DNA of 64,000 nt. Source: Rebecca billardiae RCC1528 (Eukaryota > Protista > Haptophyta). A program made the translations under genes and the position numbers. The stretch is from NCBI GenBank assembly GCA_965240325.2, contig OZ251251.1:372001-436000 (forward strand), read 5' to 3'. The notes below the pieces were generated by a model that searched no databases, was not told where the DNA came from, and worked only from the letters and a program-made list of their open reading frames with translations. Shown here piece by piece: positions 61,401 to 64,000 of this stretch. The number at the start of each line of letters is the position of its first letter. Position 1 is the stretch's first letter.

Positions 61401-64000
61401 CGCGAGGCGGGCGCGCGCTGGCCGCTCGCGCGCCGCGCCGCGGCCGCGCTGCGCGGCCGCGCGCTCGGCGGCGCGTGGCGCGCGTGGGCGGCGCGCGCGG
61501 CGGTCGACGCGCTCGCGAGCGGCGCGGCGCGGCGGCTGCGGCGCGCGGGCGTGTGGCGCGCGTGGCTCGCGCTCGCCGAGCACGCCGCGCACGCCGCCGA
61601 CGCGCACGCCGCCCTCCGCGCCTCGGCGGTGGCGTGGGCGGGCGGCGCGCTCGGCGTCAGCTGGGCGCACTGGCGCGGCCGCGCGGCGCGGCGCGCGACG
61701 GCGCGCGCGGTCGGCGCGCGCGGGCTGGCGCGCGGCGCGGCGCGCGCGCTGCGCGCGTGGGAGGCGCGCGTGGCGGACGCGGCGCTCGAGGCCGCCGCGC
61801 TGCACGCGCTCGCGCGCGCGCCCGAGCGCCGCGCGCTCGGCGCGTGGCGCGCGGCGCTCGCCGCGGCCGCGCGCGCGCGCCGCGGCCGCGCGCGCGCCGC
61901 CGCGCGCTGGGCGGTCGGCACGCTGGCGGGCTCGTGGGGACTGTGGCTCGAGGTGGCGAGCACGCTGCGCGGCGTGCTGCTCGGCGTGGTCGCGCTGCGC
62001 GCGCGCGGCGTGCGCGCCGCGCTCAACACCTGGCGCGACGCCGCGCCCGCCGCGGCCGCGGCGCGCGCGCTCGGCGGCCGCGCGGCGGCGGCGTGGGCGG
62101 CGGGCGGCGCGGGCCGCGCGCTGCGCGCGTGGGCGGCCGCGGCGCGCGACGGCGCGGCGCTGGCGCGCGTGGCGCGCGCGTGGCGCGCGGCCGACGGCGC
62201 GCGCGCGTGGCGCGCGCTCGACGCCGCCACCGCCGCGGGCCGCGCGCGCGCGCGCGCCGGCCGCCTGCTCGCGCGGCGGCGCGCGCGCGCGGCGGCGCGC
62301 GCCGCGTGGGCGGCGTGGGCTGCGGACGCGGGCGGCGCGGCCGCGGCGGAGCGCGGCCGGCGGCGCGCGGCGGCGCGCTGGACGTCGGGCGCGCTGGGGC
62401 AGTCGTGGGGGCACTGGGCGGCGTCGACGCGCGCGTACGGCGCGGGGCTCCTCGCCATCCTGCGCTGGACCAACGCGCGCCTCGCCGCCGCCCTCACCGC
62501 GTGGGCCGACGGCGCGGCCGACGCGGCCGCGCGCCGCCGCGCCGCGGATGCGTGGGCGGCCGCGGACGCGCGCGCGCGCGCGCTGCGCGCGTGGCGCGTG
62601 CACGCGGCGTGGGCGGCGGCGGCGCGCGGCGTGGCGCGCGCGGCGGTGCGCCGCTGGGCCGCCGTCTCCGTCCTGCGCGCCACGCGCGCCTGGGCCGCCA
62701 ACGCGCGCGCGCGCCGGCTCGGCGGGCGCGCGGTGCGCGCGGCCGCGCGGCTGGCCGAGGCCTCGGCGCTGCGGACGTGGCAGGGCGCGGCGCGCGCGGC
62801 CGCGCTGCGCGCGTGGTCGGCGCGCGCGTGGGCGTCGGCGGCGGCGGCGCGCGCGCTGCGCGGCTGGGCGCCCGCCGCCGCGCAGCGCGCCCGCCAGCGC
62901 CGCGTCGCCGCCGCGTGGGCGCGCGCCGCCGAGGCGCGCGCGCTGCGCGCGCTCGCGGCGCGCGCCGCGGCCGCGGCCGCGGCGCGGCGCGGCGCGCGCG
63001 CGGCCGCGCTGCGCTGGGCGGGCGGCGCGCTGGGAGGCTCGTGGGCGGCGTGGGGCGAGGAGGTGGCGGCGCACGCGCGGATGCGCCGCGCGCTCGCCGC
63101 CGCGCGCGCCGACGGCGCCGCCGCCGCGCTGCGCGCGTGGGCCGCCGCGGCGCGCGCGGCGGCTCTCGGCGCGCGCGCGGGCCGCGCGCTCGCCGCCGGC
63201 GCGGCCGCGCGCGCGTGGCGCGCGTGGGCGGCCGCGGCCGCCGACGGGCGGCGCGGCGCGCACCGGCTGCGCGCGGGCACGCTGCGCTGGGCGGCGGGCG
63301 CGCTCGCGCGCTCGTGGGCCGAGTGGGCCGACGAGGCCGCCACCGTCGCCACCCTCCTCACCGCTGTCGTGCTCGCGCGCAACTATGGCGCGGGCCGCGC
63401 GCTGCGCGCGTGGGCGGCGGGCGCGCGCGGCCGCGCGCTGCGCGCGCGCGCCGCCGCGGTGCTCGCGGCGGACGGCGCGGGCGCGGCGGCGCTGCGCGCG
63501 CTGAACAGCTGGCGGGCGAACGCGCGCGAGCGCGCGCTCGCCGCCGCCGCCGCGCGCGCCGCGCGCGCGCCGCTCGCCGCGCCGCTCGCGGCGTGGGCGG
63601 CCGCGACCGCGGCGCGGCGCGCGCGCCGCGCGCGGCTGCTGCGCGCGGCCGCGCGCCTCGCCGCCGGCGGCACCGCGGCGGCGTTCGACGCGTGGGCGGC
63701 GGAGGCGCGCGGGCGCGCGCTGCTGCGCGCGGGCGCGCTCGTGCTCGCGGGCGCCAAGGTCGCCGCCGCCTTCCGCGCGTGGGCCGGCGCCACGCCGGCG
63801 CGCGGCGCGCTGCGCGCGCGCGCGCGCGCCGCGGCCGCGGCTGCGACGATCGGCGCCGGCCGCGGCGGCGCGGCGCGCGCGCTGCGCGCGTGGCGGCAGC
63901 ACGGCGCGCTGCGCGCGTACGCGGCGCTCGCGCTCGGCCGCGGCGCGCGCGCGTCGGCCGCGGCGCGCGCGCGCGACGCGCTGCGCGCCTGGCGCACCGC
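55467..64000 (+). CDS. Giant Ala/Arg/Trp-rich repeat protein, Sfi1-like (putative centrin-binding); 3'-partial
   Basis: ATG at 55467 (MDGGFRRRSLGPPREW...). The same frame reads sensibly at 56163 and at the window end (ARARDALRAWRT). It is the one + frame absent from the ORF track here, as expected if it has no stop. Recurrent A/L-x3-A/F-x2-W motifs. Confidence 0.72.
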   Translation, partial: MDGGFRRRSLGPPREWPPPGSTLPAPHQPTPAAAARSERAPQQQASPLCAAAAAAAAELEGPAEVPARRAAVRSFSLSAVDARAHDLQRRAASEDDAAAAHAAALSGQALAGPATLASPRPAAAGDARGVPAPMPVPAARAPPPPPLRLAATGVAGRGGARGAPPRGQTPEAAAEEEAEAAAEEEAEDHAAVAKASAALVAAAMGARLSPDASAARRPMISAALVDAAARRAEHVELSHRLWLWARAAREARLGARLGAGVRARARALLAWRALRAWADGAAHASALAARASALPALLQPLRRLLRWWVRARAAAALARGARLHASARALARWRVGLRERARRSALEHAGAARAHDARDAAAVRAFEAWARAAAAGAHARNTTRAWLGVRAGRALRRWWARATTRRRDRRALAELSTHATRRGLGAHAEAWRARAAARARARRVGRRAARAIAHRRSRGALAQWVGAYGAAARSAEVHELTRLRAEVVGVARALAEWHAAAAELLHLRRGVGALGAPPLGRAWRAWARAVGARALSRGAVEAAAGYERWRLLARAFGGWADIGYDPVDSPSKLATLGRGASAHGALRLSWAGWRGRALGWGIAAQSRRQLLGAALLTWRLGLGAGAEAAAAMATMAEYGAHTDCARAWRAWRAWRAARALARRAADGADAAAARDALGAWRRARGAARTAHTRLERAGRTWAGGALGGSWRDWRASTHAAHHALLAAYRFMHAGAGRALGAWAARAAEDARARAALRAGLLGRLEGAFGAWREGAASAHGERGGLRAAALAWAGGALGASWAEWTAEGRRRGAARRAAARALALGAARALGAWRERLAEERRFLEASVRLFLAEQRVAFRAWRRSALPDALLLRRGAAGFVFGAVLGSWRWWARARAIARAARRLAPRMATRAQRGAFDAWAPHAHTNLLLRRGGAGFAHAALGRAQRTWAAEAALFRAARAAAPRLVHGSAARALGAWRGGVEAERRFLEASVRLFLAEQRVAFRAWRRSALPDALLLRRGAAGFVFGAVLGSWRWWARARAIARAARRLAPRMATRAQRGAFDAWAPHAHTGLLLRRGGAGFAHAALGRAQRTWAADAALWRGLRRAAPRFAYGAAARAYAGWADAAALGRAASRLRPLVATRALRGAFGAWAPHAHTGLLLRRGGAGFSHGALGRAQRAWRAEAARAAALRRALPRFLHGGVARAYAGWADAARAVRLMRAARAGFAHAAEARAWRAWRAARDGARAAERAAAAVRARALGRPLATWRGAAAAARRLRRGAHGWLGRALGPSWRAWRDEEAFARARLLTALTVYSAAAARAFRRWAAGAGAGARAARAAARRWAAGSLGASWAAWVAEEARLRLLLRAVGRARHRESARAFERWAPLAPQRARLRRARLAGARSAARAALARWRGASGAKRGAVGASRAAALAWAGGALGASWAEWTAASARRASARTVAARALARAATAALGAWRGGVEAERRFLEASVRLFRAEQRVAFRAWRRSALPDALLLRRGAAGFVFGAVLGSWRWWARARGYARAARRLAPRMATRAQRGAFDAWAPHAHTGLLLRRGGAGFAHAALGRAQRTWAAEAALFRAARAAAPRLVHGSAARALGAWRGAADASRARARLLRAGHAAFSRGGEARALRAWRGALLDRVRLRRRAAAGFARAHLLGSWAHWLRSRALHRARSRVWARVGARARQLAFGEWRAQRELGVLLRRGASRFAQRALAASWASWDEAALLHHATALAATAFLRPASARALRRWAAAAAARPALRVATLRWARGALGTSWSAWCATAYLHSAARGAAAVLARPRSAAALRAWRGAAADAAARRRAAAGWRHGAAARAWRALAGATEGERVALGAILAWAQRARRAALRAWAARALPAAAALRLGAAGFARGGARAAWAHWAAERRRARALRRALPRLWARELGAAWAAWAPAVGVAARVRRGLRGAARSSLARAHATWREAGARWPLARRAAAALRGRALGGAWRAWAARAAVDALASGAARRLRRAGVWRAWLALAEHAAHAADAHAALRASAVAWAGGALGVSWAHWRGRAARRATARAVGARGLARGAARALRAWEARVADAALEAAALHALARAPERRALGAWRAALAAAARARRGRARAAARWAVGTLAGSWGLWLEVASTLRGVLLGVVALRARGVRAALNTWRDAAPAAAAARALGGRAAAAWAAGGAGRALRAWAAAARDGAALARVARAWRAADGARAWRALDAATAAGRARARAGRLLARRRARAAARAAWAAWAADAGGAAAAERGRRRAAARWTSGALGQSWGHWAASTRAYGAGLLAILRWTNARLAAALTAWADGAADAAARRRAADAWAAADARARALRAWRVHAAWAAAARGVARAAVRRWAAVSVLRATRAWAANARARRLGGRAVRAAARLAEASALRTWQGAARAAALRAWSARAWASAAAARALRGWAPAAAQRARQRRVAAAWARAAEARALRALAARAAAAAAARRGARAAALRWAGGALGGSWAAWGEEVAAHARMRRALAAARADGAAAALRAWAAAARAAALGARAGRALAAGAAARAWRAWAAAAADGRRGAHRLRAGTLRWAAGALARSWAEWADEAATVATLLTAVVLARNYGAGRALRAWAAGARGRALRARAAAVLAADGAGAAALRALNSWRANARERALAAAAARAARAPLAAPLAAWAAATAARRARRARLLRAAARLAAGGTAAAFDAWAAEARGRALLRAGALVLAGAKVAAAFRAWAGATPARGALRARARAAAAAATIGAGRGGAARALRAWRQHGALRAYAALALGRGARASAAARARDALRAWRT
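57975..60345 (+). repeat. Recent intragenic duplications (438-nt / 146-aa unit) within the giant ORF
   Basis: GGTTCCTCGAGGCGAGCGTGCGGCTGTTCC at 57991, 58429 and 59926, with near-identical downstream sequence. Confidence 0.9.

Noticed and set aside
55782-63902. 2,706-aa minus-strand ORF and other long ORFs overlapping the giant gene
   Set aside because: Arg/Ala/Pro-rich shadow frames caused by extreme GC content; the Trp-periodic + frame from 55467 is the plausible coding frame
1-64000. tRNA/rRNA genes, autonomous transposase, Fanzor/TnpB or reverse transcriptase
   Set aside because: No recognisable signatures by eye; a tRNAscan/Rfam/HMM search would be needed to exclude them

Overview
This is a very GC-rich eukaryotic window with short GT-AG introns (donors often GTGCGC/GTACGC). 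The style suggests a microalga, possibly a haptophyte, but that is inference only. It holds about 17 protein-coding genes, many in head-to-head pairs. Recognisable products are a DUF1295 steroid-reductase-like protein, an MFS transporter, a sulfotransferase, a Cys-repeat secreted protein (with an apparent frameshift), a DnaJ/DnaJ-X protein, a class II HDAC, a PHR1/PSR1-like MYB-CC factor, an ankyrin protein, CWC15, a TTLL glutamylase, a GAF protein, a tandem double fucosyltransferase-like protein, a GT61-like glycosyltransferase and an FKBP. Two further genes are missing or incomplete in the ORF track: a 3-exon 81-aa KKxx membrane microprotein and a giant (>2,840 aa) Sfi1-like Trp-repeat ORF that runs off the window end. 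The most striking non-coding structure is a set of non-autonomous DNA transposons. (i) Two fold-back elements with CAAGGG termini and exact 7-bp TSDs (P-element-like), one of them a 2.2-kb palindromic inverted dimer inside the CWC15/TTLL bidirectional promoter. (ii) A TA-flanked TIR element. (iii) Two related Helitron2/Helentron-like elements (asymmetric IRs, terminal hairpin, covarying hairpin) that bracket the GT61 gene. (iv) An older degenerate fold-back. Most long ORFs in the track are GC-rich shadow frames.
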